Source: Raillietiella orientalis (lineage: Eukaryota). Taken from it: DNA of 64,000 nt. Location: the NCBI GenBank assembly GCA_036172245.1, contig JAYWIR010000006.1, positions 2,728,001 through 2,792,000 of the forward strand, in the 5' to 3' direction. The first letter of the stretch is position 1; each line of letters begins with the position of its first letter. The translations under genes were made by a program, and so were the position numbers. Below the pieces are notes generated by a model. That model was not told the DNA's origin. It saw only the letters and a list, made by a program, of their open reading frames with translations, and made no database searches. Below are positions 1-12,379 of this stretch, piece after piece.

Positions 1-1799
1 GTACCCGGAAGTGTGGGGTGGTCCTCGTCCTCCCTAGGTTCGGATGCCTCAAAAAGCGAGCTGCGCTCCCATTGTCCAGAGAACCGAAACGCTCCTTATG
101 CGAGGACATCCTGAGCACGAGCCGCTCCAGATCCATCCAGAACGTTTCGCGGAGGTCTGCCCCATCCCCCGCCCTGCACCAACGCTGCTGTCGTGCGCGA
201 CTGGGAAGAACCGGAACGGAAGCGCACCAGATGCTCCCGGAGAGGCGCCTACCCTTTAGAAGGGGATCTTTCCCTGCATGATCTGCCCTTCACCTCTGTC
301 TGCAAGAGGCGAAGGGGTGCCAGAGGCCATTCCTATCAACCGAGGGACATCGCGGTCATTGTCCGCCTAGCAGGATCCCCTCCTCTCTTGAAGGAAATCC
401 TGCGGGAGCTGCGCTGTTTTCTTTTCCCCGATGCTCGTCTGTCACCCACCCTCAGCTGGAAAACCACAGCTGAGTCCCGAATGCGCCCCTCCCCCTCCTC
501 TCGGGAAAGAGAAAACGTGAGGCGTCTCTCTCTCTCCTTCCCTCTGTGTCATCCCATTCACATTGCCCCTGTTTGCTCATGCTGCGCATACGTGAGCCCC
601 CGAAAGGGTTAGCGAGATGTTTTCGTTCCCTAAACCGTTGAGTCTTCTCTGATTGGCTCGGGAGCTGCGGCGCGACGTTCCCACCGGTTGTCGCGCGGTT
701 CTGCTCTCTTGAAACTCCGTGCGGATTTTTATTTTGGGGGTTTTCGTTTCGTTCAACCCTTCTAGCATCCTTAGAGCGCTCAACTCCTCCGAGAACGGCG
801 CTGAGGGGTGAAAGTCATCAGCGGGACCAAATGGCGTTCTACCCAGGCAATCGGTGAACCATGGTAGACCCATCGCGATGGCTCGGAGGTACCTGCGAGG
901 TCGCTCCAAGGTCACAGACCCAGAACGTGGGTCAAGCGGAAGGCGCCGTGTCGGCAGAGAGGCAAGAAAATGAAAGGATCCTGCGGCCGCAGCGGAGGTC
1001 TGGAAGCCGCGCCGCAACCTGCATGAATCATTAATGAACAAGCTTTTCATCACTGAAGGGATGATTTGCTCCTGAAGGTTGTTTTCCTCGCCCCAAACAC
1101 GCGAGCATCCCTCTTCGGCGGATCGGGAAGCGAGAGGGACGCAGTCCTGATTTTCGGGAAGACTACCCTCCCGGACAGAGGAGTAGCGAGCAGCCTCCCG
1201 AGGCGGAAGCGCAGTCACCATGACGACACCATGACGTCAACAAACCTCATCCGCGAGGAGAGAAGCCCTCTCCCCCCCATTCGCTGGATCTGAGGGGTGG
1301 AAATTGCCCGCATCCTGTACAGAATGCAGGGTATCACAGGGAATTGCCAATGACCCTTCCTGCCTTGCCCTCCCTCCCTACATAAACAGCGACGTATCTC
1401 TTTTCCCCGAGGCGGACGGTCAGCTGGCTACCCTCCAGATTCTTCAAATTCTAGAACTTTCTCTCTCTCTCTCTCTTCAGCGTTTGCTGTTGAAACCGAA
1501 CCCCGAAGTGACCGGGTGTCACAGGAGAAATATCCGCTCGTCCCGAAACGGCGTACACCATCGGAACCCCGACGGGGGCTGATGGGATCCCAGTTCTCGG
1601 ACCGGTCGGCGGGAACTCCGAACGCCCGGAGAAGCCAGCCTCCACTTCGATCGCTTCACTTCTCCGCCGGAGGGATCGACTTTTCCCATATGGAACGGTG
1701 GAGTCCAACTCCCTCGATGTGAAGGGCGCAAGATCAACGAGTTGCGGGAAGGGGATGGGGGGAGGAAATTGGCTCCGCGGCTCTGCCTGTAGGCAGTTC

Positions 1800-3700
1800 C
1801 GGTTGTCCCATCCCTCGAAAGTAGCTCAGCACCTTCGGGGCTGCTGGTGCCCCGGCTGGAACGAGGCGCAGACCGCGAGGGAATGGACCGGGCACTAGCA
1901 GTCTCGTGCGCGCGCTACGAGGGCAGCTGGGAATACCTCGCCGACGAAAAGGGCGGGCAATCGCTCACTGAGAAACATTGGGGAATTTCACCGGCTCTTC
2001 GACGCAAGGAGGCATCGGTTCCCTTTTTAAGAGCAGCCTGCTTCCAGGTTTCCCGCTCTCTGGGAAGGATGCCGCTAGCGGATAGCAGCTCGCGAGAGGC
2101 GCTCCGAGAGCAACACCGCCTGCGGCGAAAAGGGAAGGGGGAAAAGAGAGAGACAGTGCCAAATCTCCATTTCCTCCACACCAGCCGGAGTGGTCCATGC
2201 TGTGAATCTTTGGTAGCCTCCTTGAAGATGATCGCGGGTGATAGGAAAAAGTGACGTTTCCAAGGGAAGCGCTTGCGAGACGCGGAAGAGCCAAGGAGCT
2301 CCCACTGCCCCGCTATCCAGCCGCTTCAATGAAAGGGGTTGAAAAGTGTCCAGCCTATCGCGAGCCTTGAGGCGTACGGGGGTCATCGGAAGTCCATGGA
2401 GAGAAAGCAGCCTCCTGCGCCCATCCGGAATGCCTCACGGCCGCGCCGCGGCGCGCAACCAAGCGGCCACTCGGAGGAACTGGAGTCTGGTGGCCTGTTA
2501 CCGGCCCCACATCTGCCTGGAACCTTAGATCTCACACCCAATCTCTGTGTCGCAAGGGAAGGGACGAAACTTCATCCAGGGAGTCCCACGTTCCTTCGAG
2601 AACCGCATCGAGGTTTCGGACGAGGCGCGGCAGGCTACTGGAGCTTGTCGGCCAGGTGAACCCCTCGGTCCCCGAGGCTCGGGAAACGTAGCGCAGTATT
2701 GAGGGAGTGCTGAGAAGTCGCGAGAACCCAGGCGGAGCATTTCGGGAGGTGATCCTCTGAACCTTCTGAATGGAATGCGTCCCATACGACCGCGCGCAGG
2801 CCGGCAGCACGGGCGAGTCGCCGCCGGCAGCCGCGGCAGTGCTTCTCTTCTTCGTACACCCATGTGACAGCAGCGCCCGGGCCGGCTCTCTCAAGGATGC
2901 AATGAAAGAATTCCTGCGCCAAAAGGGAGACCGAGGGTTCGAATCCCGGTGGGTATGCCTTCTCGGCAGAGACCGTGCCCCAAACAGGAGCGTCTTCCTC
3001 GGAGAGGGAACTGGGCAGGCGGAGGCAACGGTTGATGTCGAATACCCTGCAAGAGCTGAGGACCCCGCCGGATGCTTAGGAACAAAGGCGTCCCTGCAGT
3101 GGAAAACGACGGTGCTGCCGTTCAACGTCCAGCACAGCACTGGAACGTCTTCTGGGCGCATCCCACGCACAACCGAGTCGCCCCCGGCATGCACGGCAGG
3201 GCTTTTTTCCCCTTCTTTCGCACGCCCGCGAGACGAAAGTGTCCTCTTCGGCCCGCTTGGAGCGGTGCGAGAGACCCCCCGCGCCGAGAGAAAGGCTGTG
3301 TATTTGAATCACAGCAGTGAGAGGCCCTCCGTCTTCTCCTGAACAAGGGGCAGTTTCGCTCTTCGACTCCTTTCGCGGAATATCTCTTCCCCAGCAGCGA
3401 TGAAGCCTCGCAGGCCCAGGAAACTGCCAGGAGGAGCCCGGTAAAACCCGATTCTTAACATCTCCTTTTCCCATATTCCTGGATCCTGCAAATAGGAACG
3501 GAAATTGGCCTAGATCAGAGGCAGTGCTGAAGGACAAGGTAGACTCGAGGATTGGTCCAGAGATTTTTTTTTTTCGAATAGGGCGAAAGAGGAGCTCCTG
3601 AAAATCGAGCGATTGACGCAGTTTATCCTCATCTGGACGACGTGGCTTCTCTCGCTGCATCTCCCCCCGCCCTTCCTTCCGAGCGTCAGCTGTCAAGACG
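1800..3700 (-). mobile_element. Decayed L1/Tx1-like LINE: ORF1 (gag-like) and start of ORF2
   Basis: Minus-frame peptides GMRPEDVPVLCW, GIPTGIRTL, VYEEEKHCRGC...GSEDHLPKC (zinc-knuckle-like), then RFTAWT near 2200, resembling the xxxWN start of AP endonuclease. Frameshifted. Confidence 0.6.
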
Positions 3701-3860
3701 ACTTAAGGATGCTGCGAGTTCGGAGCCGACAAACAACGCGTGTTCTCTTTTCTCTGGTTTCGTGAAATCTTGGCAACGCAGAAGGAAGGGAAAAAGAAAA
3801 TCCTCATGGAGCTCTTGAAAAGGTGACAGGCATCAGCGTCTTTCCGGATGCTTCTTGTCC

Positions 3861-3938
3861 GCTCTGGTGGCGGTGGTGGCTACGGCTTCCGCGCGCGCGG
3901 CGGCACCGAGAGTCGCGGGTTCGAATCCCGCCCGGGGA
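3861..3938 (+). promoter_or_regulatory. Pol III type-2 internal promoter (A/B box) in tRNA-like SINE head
   Basis: A-box-like TGGCGGTGGTGG from 3868. Perfect T-arm GCGGG-TTCGAAT-CCCGC at 3915-3931. Acceptor-like pairing of 3862-3867 with 3932-3937. D and anticodon arms are not canonical. Confidence 0.65.
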
Positions 3939-4600
3939 ATGACCGATGCTGAGAAATGCAGGGCGCATCATAAGTTTCGAGTTCCCCCACCGCTCAAGAT
4001 GGCTTTGGTTGGCCTGTAGTTTTCAGGTGTAGCACTGGTGGAAACAGGATGCCCCCGTTGGGTGGCCGGGATTTGGAATCTGATCCACCGGGTCCTTCCG
4101 GGGTTCAAAGAGTCCTTTGGGGTTTCCCCTCCTCTATCAGTGAAAAAGGAGTCGTCCCTACACGAGGGTGGGTACCTCGAGTAACATGGAGCTGGTTGAT
4201 GCTTCCTTCTGGGGTCGTCTCTCCTGAGTGTCCAAGAAGCTCGCTGTTCCTTTCGGGAGCGACCCTTCAGAGAAAATTTGAAAGCGCCCCTTCCGGATTC
4301 TCTTCAGAGGAGGAAACAAGGAACGGATCCTTTCCCGAGGGTCCCTCCGAAGAGAATGAGGGAGTGGTTCTCTTCAGGGTTCCTTGGGGACTTCCCTGAT
4401 AAGCGCGAGGGGGGGACCTCTTTCTCCGGAGCCAGTATAGGGTGGTTCCTCCGGGGTCTCCCAATGACACGAAGGGTCAAGTTCACTTTCGGGACAGCGT
4501 CAAAGAGCTTCGTGCCCCCACCCTCCTATCCCATCCCACCCTAAGGAGGCGAGTGGTTCTTCAGCACTTGGAGAACCAAGAAAAAAAGAAAAAGAAATCC
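3861..4600 (+). mobile_element. tRNA-derived SINE-like repeat, near full-length copy 1
   Basis: tRNA-like head. Shares CCGCGCGCGCGGCGGCAyCGAG, CAGCGTCAAAGAGCTTCGTG and GGTTCTTsAGCACT with 32983-33640, and GAGTGTCCAAGAAGC and CGGATTCTCTTCA with 31020-31613(-). A-rich tail at ~4578-4597. Confidence 0.78.
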
Positions 4601-4609
4601 CAGAGCTTC

Positions 4610-5250
4610 CTCGCCGCCCATGATGGCCGTGTTTGTTGTTTCCCGTCCGTTCCTGCGGGAGATCACGCTCCAGAAGTTTCGTGACCCGGGAACGAGCTCG
4701 GACGGGAGCATGCCATCCAGGCGGAAGCTGCCGAAGCAGGATTTCCTCAGAGAGCAGACGGAGATTCTCGAAAGAGCAGAGGAAGGTCCCCCGTGGTTCC
4801 TCATGTCCTCGGAAAAGCCTCCCGGAGTTGAGCTCGGCGTGTAAAGCGGAAGAGCCCCTCCATCCGACCGGGATCCCGTCTCGGGTTGTTGCCAGGGAGA
4901 CCAGTTAGCAGACTAGCGAGAGAGTGCTCCTTCTCCTCGCTCTTCCCTTCCATACCATCACGTGCTCCGTTTTCCCCCCAGAGGGTACCCGATCTGTCTA
5001 GTGGAGGCGTGCCGCCGTGTCTTCTTTGGCTGCCGTCTTTCGCAGGAGCTCCTCGCTGGAGGCCATCCGGAACCGTCGCTGGATCTGCATCCATCTTCAT
5101 CTCCACACTCTTCTGTATTCAAGACCGTTCCTCCCTCTCTTTCCCTTTGGAGTCACACCCATTCTCGCCCTTCTCCTTCGAGGTCAGTAGCCGCGCGCGA
5201 GGAGCACTCTCTTCAACGACTTCCTAGTCTCGCTGCGTAACGTAACGGAT
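4610..5250 (-). mobile_element. LINE ORF1/ORF2 junction relic
   Basis: Low-complexity ORF1-tail-like peptide, then LVSL..GIP and ISVCSLRKS, resembling the endonuclease N-terminal motifs. Weak. Confidence 0.35.
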
Positions 5251-5869
5251 GCTGCAGTAGCAGTCCGGATCAACGTGCACGTGTTGGATACCAATCATCT
5301 TCTCGGTCGAAATCCCCTCATGTTCCAAGGGAAATCTATTAGCCAGCAGACGCTTTAATGAAAGAAACAAACGAATGGTCATAAAGAGATAAAGCTAACA
5401 AAGAGTTCCTGCTTCCTGCTGATCCAGCAGCTCCGCGAACATTCCGGAATCGGGAAGCGCAGATCTGCTAATCCGGAAGGCGAAGCATCCCGTGCTGTCA
5501 AGGACGCGGAGATACCGTCCGGACTGCGGGCGGAACGGAGTGGGAGCAAAGGGAAGCGGAGCGGCCGCCGAGAGGGGAGTGGACCCAGCGGCGAAGGGGA
5601 GGGTTCAAACAGAAGCCCCCGAGAGGTGCCTCTTCCAAGATGATAGGCAAACATGCACCTCCGACCGCCGCGAGACGAACCCTAGGGTTTGGTTAGCGGC
5701 ATGAGTGCAGCCAGCAGGACGGGACGGTGGTCGGTAGCAGCCTCAGAGACCTTCCGCGCGAAGATTTCCCTCGGAACAGAAGACGGGGAGGAGAGGCATC
5801 ATCAATCCACCAGCTCTGTTGGAGGAGACGGAGAGTCCATCCACAAAGGGGCAGGAACGGCTCCTTCGG

Positions 5870-6125
5870 ACAACCGGAGGGGAACCCCCACTCCGTGATT
5901 CATGAAAGGACCCCGGAAATCGACTCCCAGTCCCGGTCACTCATCGGGCATCCGGTTTGAACCGCTACCGGCACCGCACCAGAATAGAGGCCGACCAGCG
6001 TCATCTTGCTGGAGGAACTTGAACCCACGACGCACCCCCATCTCTCGGCGTCAATTCTTTCCGACGCCAGTTAGAACCCGTGATGGATGGTAGTGCCACG
6101 GGCGGAGACCTCAGCCAGTAATAGG
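5870..6125 (-). mobile_element. SINE-like repeat, 5' fragment
   Basis: Reverse complement GGGTTCTAAC...GCGTCGTGGGTTCAAGTTCCTCCAGCAAGATGACGCTGGTCGGCC...GGATGCCC...CCGGGACTGGGAGTC...GGGGTTCCCCTCC is colinear with 3917-4133. Confidence 0.68.
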
Positions 6126-8099
6126 ATGGTTGGGCTGGAGGGCGATGGGAAACGGGATGGTGAGCTCTCTGGTTACGGCTACTTATCCAGAACTCACGGA
6201 GAGCTCTTTGTCAGTTAGCGAAACCAGGATCTGTGGTTCCTTGGAGCTCCCATCTGGAGGGCGCGATGCAAGAACCGCGGCGGACTCGCGCAGCCTCCGC
6301 GCTGACTTGGCAGCAAGGGCACTTCTCCCCAACGCGTGCCTCTCTCAACTTTCCTATCAGAAGCGATGTGCGGGAGGCATCGAAGGTGCCTATCGAAAGA
6401 TCGGAGCCGAGCACCGGTCCAGCTTTCGTCCCGAGATGAGTCCCGTCCCGAGCCGCGGACGCAAAAGACGGGAAGACGACGTTCGTCCCGGTTTTCGTTC
6501 GGGAAAACCGTCCAGCCGGAGATCCCAGCGATCATCGTTTTCCGCAGTTCGTCTGGATCGCCGGTTCACGATCAGGAGGTTTTTCTCTGGAGCGGGTTTC
6601 GGCATCTTGGAGGATGACCTCTCTTTCAAAGAGGACCGCTTCCTCCCGAGGATCACGCGATGCTGCGAAGACAGTCTGGCGGTCGGAAAGCTGATGATTT
6701 GTAGGCCGTATCCAAGGTAGCAGACCTTCTCCGCCCTCCGTTTCGGCTGTGCCGCTTCCACTGTTGTTCCTTCGGGTAGCCGCAGGATGCAAGCGCAGTC
6801 TCTTGAATGCTCCCCCAATTAATAAACCGTAAAAAATAAATAAATAAATAATCAGGACTCGTAATCGCTCTGTGATGCACCCCTCCTGGCTTTTCTTCTC
6901 GCTCGTTTGTTTCCGATACAGATTTGTTACTTGTTGCTGTGAGCATCATCCGAGGATCAAGTTTAGTTCTCCTTTGAGAAAGGAAAGACGCAGCGTTATC
7001 CCTTCTTTTATTGTCCGCAGGAGTTTTCCCTTCCGGAGCCTCCAAGAATTTCCATTCATCTGTAAGCAGATGGACCAGAAATTCGCGATTCGAGCTGTTC
7101 GGGATCAGGGAAGCGGGAGTGCCTGAAGCGCACTGTTAAGTCCACTTCGAGCTTGCGCTCCATCACCGGGGGAATTTTTGACGGATTCCTTTTGGAAAAC
7201 GGCTAGGCGGATAGTAGCCAACCTGCATGTTCACCCGACTCAAACAAGAGTTGTCGCTTTTGTTTTGCTCCCCTCCCCCTCCCCCCGTTGATTTTTTCCG
7301 GGATCTTTTTTCTGAGAGGAAGAGTTCCTTCCATTCATGCTCTGAGAAAAAGAGCGGAAGACATCGCGGCTTTGGGTTGTGTTACTGCTGTGTTGCGCAA
7401 CCAATCCGCTTGCAGTTGAATTGCAAGCCTGCTGACCTCGAACCTGGGTAGAGTTCGCGCCGGTCATTTTCGGTAACTTCGAACATCGGCCCGGAATCCA
7501 CGCGCCCTTGGTGCAAGGCAACCCGCCGTTTTCAACTCGGATCTGGACGGTTTCTAACGTACCGTCGCGAGATCCCTGCCAGGAATGAAAAAATTACCAA
7601 ATAAAAAAAAATAAAAATCAGATCGAACAGCACCCGAACACCTTGCTCGGGAGGCAGGAACCATCTTAGAATCCGAGCTGCTCGACTCCTAAATTAGCCT
7701 TTCCAGCCCAATCGATACGCGAAATTAACATACGTTGCGATGCTCTGCTTCCAGAAATTTCGTTCGCCCGACACAGGTGGGACACGAATCGATCCGTACC
7801 CCGTCGGATGCACCGTGGGGTTTGTGGGCGCCTCGCTCGGAAGCGACTTGCTCGCTTCAGACCAAAAAGGAAGATCCTGCCCGAGGCAGACCCGGGCAGC
7901 GGTACACCCACCCACGATTCCGCTCTGCTCACTTAGAATCGCAGGCAATCTCAGGGTGTCCCCGTGGCTGGGTGAAAACGAATTCCGTGATCCGGCAAAC
8001 TCGTTACCTAGCAACCGACGAAGGGAAAAGGGTTAAGGATTCCCGCGTGCTGGAATTTCGCTGGAGGGATAGGATATCAAAGGGCCCGACCAAGTCGCG

Positions 8100-9400
8100 A
8101 AAGCGATTTCCAATGCATTTTCCCTAGCGGCTGCTCGCTCCGTAGGTGCGAAGATTTACTTATCTCCCTCCTCTCTCACTGGTGAGATTCGAGCACTTCG
8201 AAGCAATCAAGGACCTACAGCCAGGTGCCCATCAGGAAGCACAGCAAAGAGCTGGGCGTCACTGCATTCGAGTCAATGCTCTATCGAAGTGGATGAAAAA
8301 GAAATAACAGCGATCGGGAAAACATCTCGAAAAACATACGAACTCCCGAATGCGAGCCCTGCATGTGGCAAAGAGCCTTTTGGGAAATCAGAAGAAAACC
8401 GAAGAGTATGGAACCTGGAGCCAAAAAGGAAGGGATGGGGAAAACAGGCCTGTTTGGTGATACTCGTTGACTGAACGCTGAACGTCGAAAGCCACCAAGA
8501 CTGTGGTCTTCACGAAAACCCACAGCTTCATCGAGAGAATTCGGTAGGCCCCTTCAGTCAATCCTTCAGAAGATTCTCTTACTCGAAAAAGCGAGAACTG
8601 CAGCGCGGAGACGTCGCAGGGTGTAGGTCGAGAAGCCCGTGGGGTGTTAAGCTTTTTCCAGCTCACTCGTTCGCGGCTGTTGTCCTGAGTGAATTTTCGA
8701 CGAATGTTCCGCCTTAACTGATACTAAGGTGAGACGTCGCGAAAGTAACAGCATCTTAAATCATGGTCAGTAATCCTGAGCACTCTTAGGAAGACAAGAA
8801 CCATGGCTGCGTGTTTTAGGAACCTGCGACTTCGAATTCCTGGAGCGCACTCTTGAAGAACTCTTGAAGAAGTTCACATTGCCTGAAAACCACCCATTGC
8901 CGTCGCTAGGAGAGTTGCTTTCTCCATAGAGCGAGGTCTGTGCAAAGCCATCCTCTTTTCAACTGTAGGCATCTTGGCCGTGCAAACCGCTGGTCACTCG
9001 TTTTGATTCGCACATGGTGAGGGCATTCCAAAGCGAATAGGTGCGTTCCAACGACATCCTAGGTACTGCAACTGGGAGTAGGTGCGAAAGCAAAGCACGC
9101 TTGAAACTTAATTCTTCGGAATGTGGTTAAAAAAAAAAAAAAAAAAAAATCGAGAAAGGGTACCTCACTCATCTTCGCAAAAGTTCTCAGGATGCGGAAA
9201 TGGTAAAAGCATCAGGGGAAAGCGCTTCATGATTCTTGCAAACTTCCGAATGCTGCCGACAAAATGGACTCAGATTTTCAATCATCTCAGGGAGCAGTAG
9301 CGAAGAGGATAAAATCGATTTGCACTTTCCGAACGGATAAAGATGGATTAGGTAAGTTCGTCAGCCAACGACCCGGAAGAGCACTAAATGATTAAGCAAT
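8100..9400 (+). mobile_element. LINE reverse transcriptase relic
   Basis: VAFSIERGLCK..HPL at ~8914-8960 (F-x-I-x-RGLRQGxPLS-like) and VRSNDIL at ~9041 (YADD position) are in the expected order. Interrupted by A21 at 9129-9149. Confidence 0.5.
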
Positions 9401-10364
9401 TCTCTTTGCTGGTGTACGACCATCAGGAATGTGCAGCGATGCCCCCAAGAAACCGCAAAAACAAGTGGGTTAAGACATTCCTTATGGTCGCGTGACTTGC
9501 GGAAAGCGAATTCCACGACGGAGGTCGGAAGGATTCCCTCGGAATGAGGGACGAAAAAGAGCGCACCCTCAGCGAAGGGAACATCGCTTTTTTTAAGAAA
9601 AAGAAAAAGAAAAAAAGAAAGGAAAACCCGAACGATACTTTCCTTTTTCGTTTCTCAGTTTGTTGAAATTCGTCAGGTCGAACCCGAGTGAAACAACCGC
9701 CAAGATGGTGCCCGTGGTCAGCTTCAAATCGATGGACGCGCGTGGACGTGTGTTTCTTGCCGGGTGTGCTGTGCACGCGCTTTGCGGTTTGTTCATCCAC
9801 GAGTTAAACCTCCCATTTGCTTTCCGTTTTCATCCGCATCTCCCTCAAGATGCAAGGGAATGCCAATGCAAAGTATAGGAAAAGTTGCGAAACGGGGGAG
9901 AATCCGCGATGATTTTCCGGATTTATTCAAACCAGCCCAGATGCTCATTACCAAGCAGGACGAGCAGTGTTTATCATGACGAGAAGGTTGTAGGATGCTA
10001 AACAAAGGATTGTTTTGGAGACGGAACTTCTCGCTCTTCCGCTTGAGGCGGGCGAGCATAGAACGGCCGGGTGACCGGAATCAAAAGAGGCCGACGGTGG
10101 TGCCTGCACGTTTTTTTTTTTTTCTCTCTCTCTCTCTGGGGGTGGGGTGGGGGGGTGAACCCCGTGGGCTCTTTCGATTCATAAAGTGGAAACCACGAAC
10201 GGGCCATTCCGACAACGGCGCTCCCATCGGTCTCATCGACGGTCGGATGCACCCCTTCTCGGAGCGCGCAACCGCGTCTCCTTCCGCCAACCCATTGTTG
10301 CGTCGGGTGCGCGCGAGTGTGTGCGGCGCCACAGAGTGTGCTATATATAGAACCCCCTACTTAC

Positions 10365-10422
10365 GTTCTTTGGTCATCAACAATAGCACGAACGTGAGAA
10401 TTCCGGGAGGATAATTCATCAT
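10365..10422 (-). CDS. Candidate first coding exon of a host gene (signal-peptide-like MMNYPPGILTFVLLLMTKE, phase-1 intron follows)
   Basis: ATG at 10422, 19 codons plus 1 nt, immediately followed by consensus donor GTAAGT (10364-10359). Lies in the least repeat-like part of the window. No downstream exon confirmed. Confidence 0.3.
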
Positions 10423-11049
10423 ACGTTTCAACAATCAGTGTGACGTTCACTCGCATTGCTACCAGCAGGGATGGGACGAGCGCTCGTGACGTGCGTAGGG
10501 CTTGCCGAGAATCCCATCTCGCTCATTTCCTCGGTGGTGCTGCAGGAGTCGGAACACTACTTTCGGGTATCGATTGGTCCCGTGAGCACAAGAGCAGCAT
10601 GTGTGTTCCGAACTCTGTTTCAACGACAGTAACTGCGCCAGACCAAATGGACGCAACCGGATTTCCACTCGCGCAAGGAAGTTTTGGATTCAATTAATCA
10701 TGTACATTACGAGTATTCCATTGAGACGGTGTACTGCTTCGTAATTTTTAAACTAGCAGAAGGTAGCGGGTGAGAATCGCTCGTTGAGAGAAGGAAAAAA
10801 ATGTTTTAAAGCTTTTTTTTTTTTGTTTTTTTAAAAAAAGAAAGAAAGGAAGGAAAGGAAATGTAGCAGAGAGAAAAATTCTCCGAGAACAGCCTATCAG
10901 CCCTCCTATGTCGAACCCGAGCGTTTTCTTTCAAATGACCCAGGCCTCCCGTTTGACCTTCGATTTTTCTCTCTCTCTCTTTTTTTTTTCCCGCTACACT
11001 TCTCGCTCACTGAGCAAGAATAGTAGTGTATCGAATGATTCCCATGTAG

Positions 11050-12250
11050 GGGTGCAGTTCCGGGGTAGAATTTTCTCAATTGCTCGGCTGATTAATGATA
11101 CCTGTCTGTCGTCGTACTATCTTCCTCCTTTCACGTAATTCGAAATCATCTGCTTGGCGGTCAAGTAATTCCTGCGAACGTGGGCTGATTTCGGAGCACG
11201 CCTTCTAATTAACATGATGACGACGGCCGAGAGTGTGTTCGCAGCTTCACGTGATCTGCCTTGGCAACCGCAGAGCTTTCCCAAGGTTTCGTTTTCTTGC
11301 ACCAGGAACGTTTTGTTCGCACTCTTACTTTACCGCACCGAAATCGCATGGTGCAAAGTATTTGGGGGCAAAACGTGGATCAGTCTCGAAGAACGAGCAG
11401 TTGATAAACGACGGGAGGACGTCCACTCTATCAGCTAGCTCTGACGAGAGTAAACTTTCTTCGGATGATTGATCGATTCTCCCTGGATATCCTCGATCCA
11501 TTCTCCATCACGGATGCTGCCGCTTACGGCCTGATCTCTGTCCGATAGCTTCTAGAGCGGATGCATGAAACTGTTCCGTTTGGCCATTGCATCTACCGAG
11601 GCTCCAAGCAGCGCTAAAGGTAACTGAGAGGAACTTCGAGAATGGCTTCTTTTCCAGCGTGCATGATCCTGCAAGAGTGAGGAAACGCAGCTCAATAAGA
11701 GACAGTGAGTTTCCTGTGGATTAGAACACACGGCCAAGCTTTCTTGGGAAAAAATGCTGTTGCAAGGGAACAGCTGTACGTCAAAGCTGTTCTCAGAACT
11801 TTGGCTGTCACACATGCTACCATACCTTCAAGCACGCCTCATGCCATTTCTCTGCGGACTCTTGCACAGTGAGTCTGAAATGTCGTCATAATGTTCCTCT
11901 CTCTCAATGTACGATCACGGTTTTCTTCGTAGATGCAGTTCAGATGCACTCACGAAGAATGTGGCACCACTGCTGCCTACAGAATGTCTTGCCCGATTTC
12001 GAGGATATGAGCGGTTTTTTTCCCGAAAGAAACACGGTGGTGACAGTCTGCTGAGAACCAATAATGCATCTGTGTTTAGCCACAGCATGGCACTTCTGGC
12101 TCTGCACCTGCTGAACTCGGATTAGCACCAAGAACGGGATGAAACTGTTGGTTTCCTTGACCGTGTCGCAGCGCCCTATAGAGTGCAATGATCCACATGG
12201 CTGACTTCATAGGAGGCGAGAACAAACGAACCAGTGGGTGCAGGATTGAA
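11050..12250 (+). mobile_element. LINE RT C-terminal half relic
   Basis: HDDD-like codons at ~11213 (YADD position), then GAKYLGAK at ~11350-11373 (RT motif 7 KYLG). Confidence 0.5.
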
Positions 12251-12379
12251 ATGAAAGCCGTCCACACGTCATCAACGTGTCCACGTGGCTCTCCCATGCG
12301 ACTGCTATTCATGGACGTCCGCATTTGCATTGCTTCAGTTTTTCGTGTGCTTCACGTTTCGGCTGTGGATACACGAAAC

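Noticed and set aside
2934..2947. B-box-like GGGTTCGAATCCC
   Set aside because: It lies antisense within ORF1 codons (GIRTL), with no SINE body or tRNA fold around it.
3861..3938. Functional tRNA gene
   Set aside because: The T-arm is good, but D and anticodon arms are non-canonical, there is no oligo-T terminator, and it runs into a multi-copy repeat body.
4480..4600. SINE sharing its 3' end with the hairpin-ended LINE (partner pair)
   Set aside because: SINE 3' ends show no CCCGG...CCGGG hairpin or LINE UTR similarity by eye.
3850..4620. TSD around SINE copy 1 (GCTTCTTGTCCGCTC vs GCTTCCTCGCCGCCC)
   Set aside because: Only 11 of 15 positions match, which is not distinguishable from chance.
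10341..10350. TATA-like CTATATATAG
   Set aside because: It is a short palindromic TA run with no supported downstream gene, and it falls in the putative intron of the minus-strand exon candidate.
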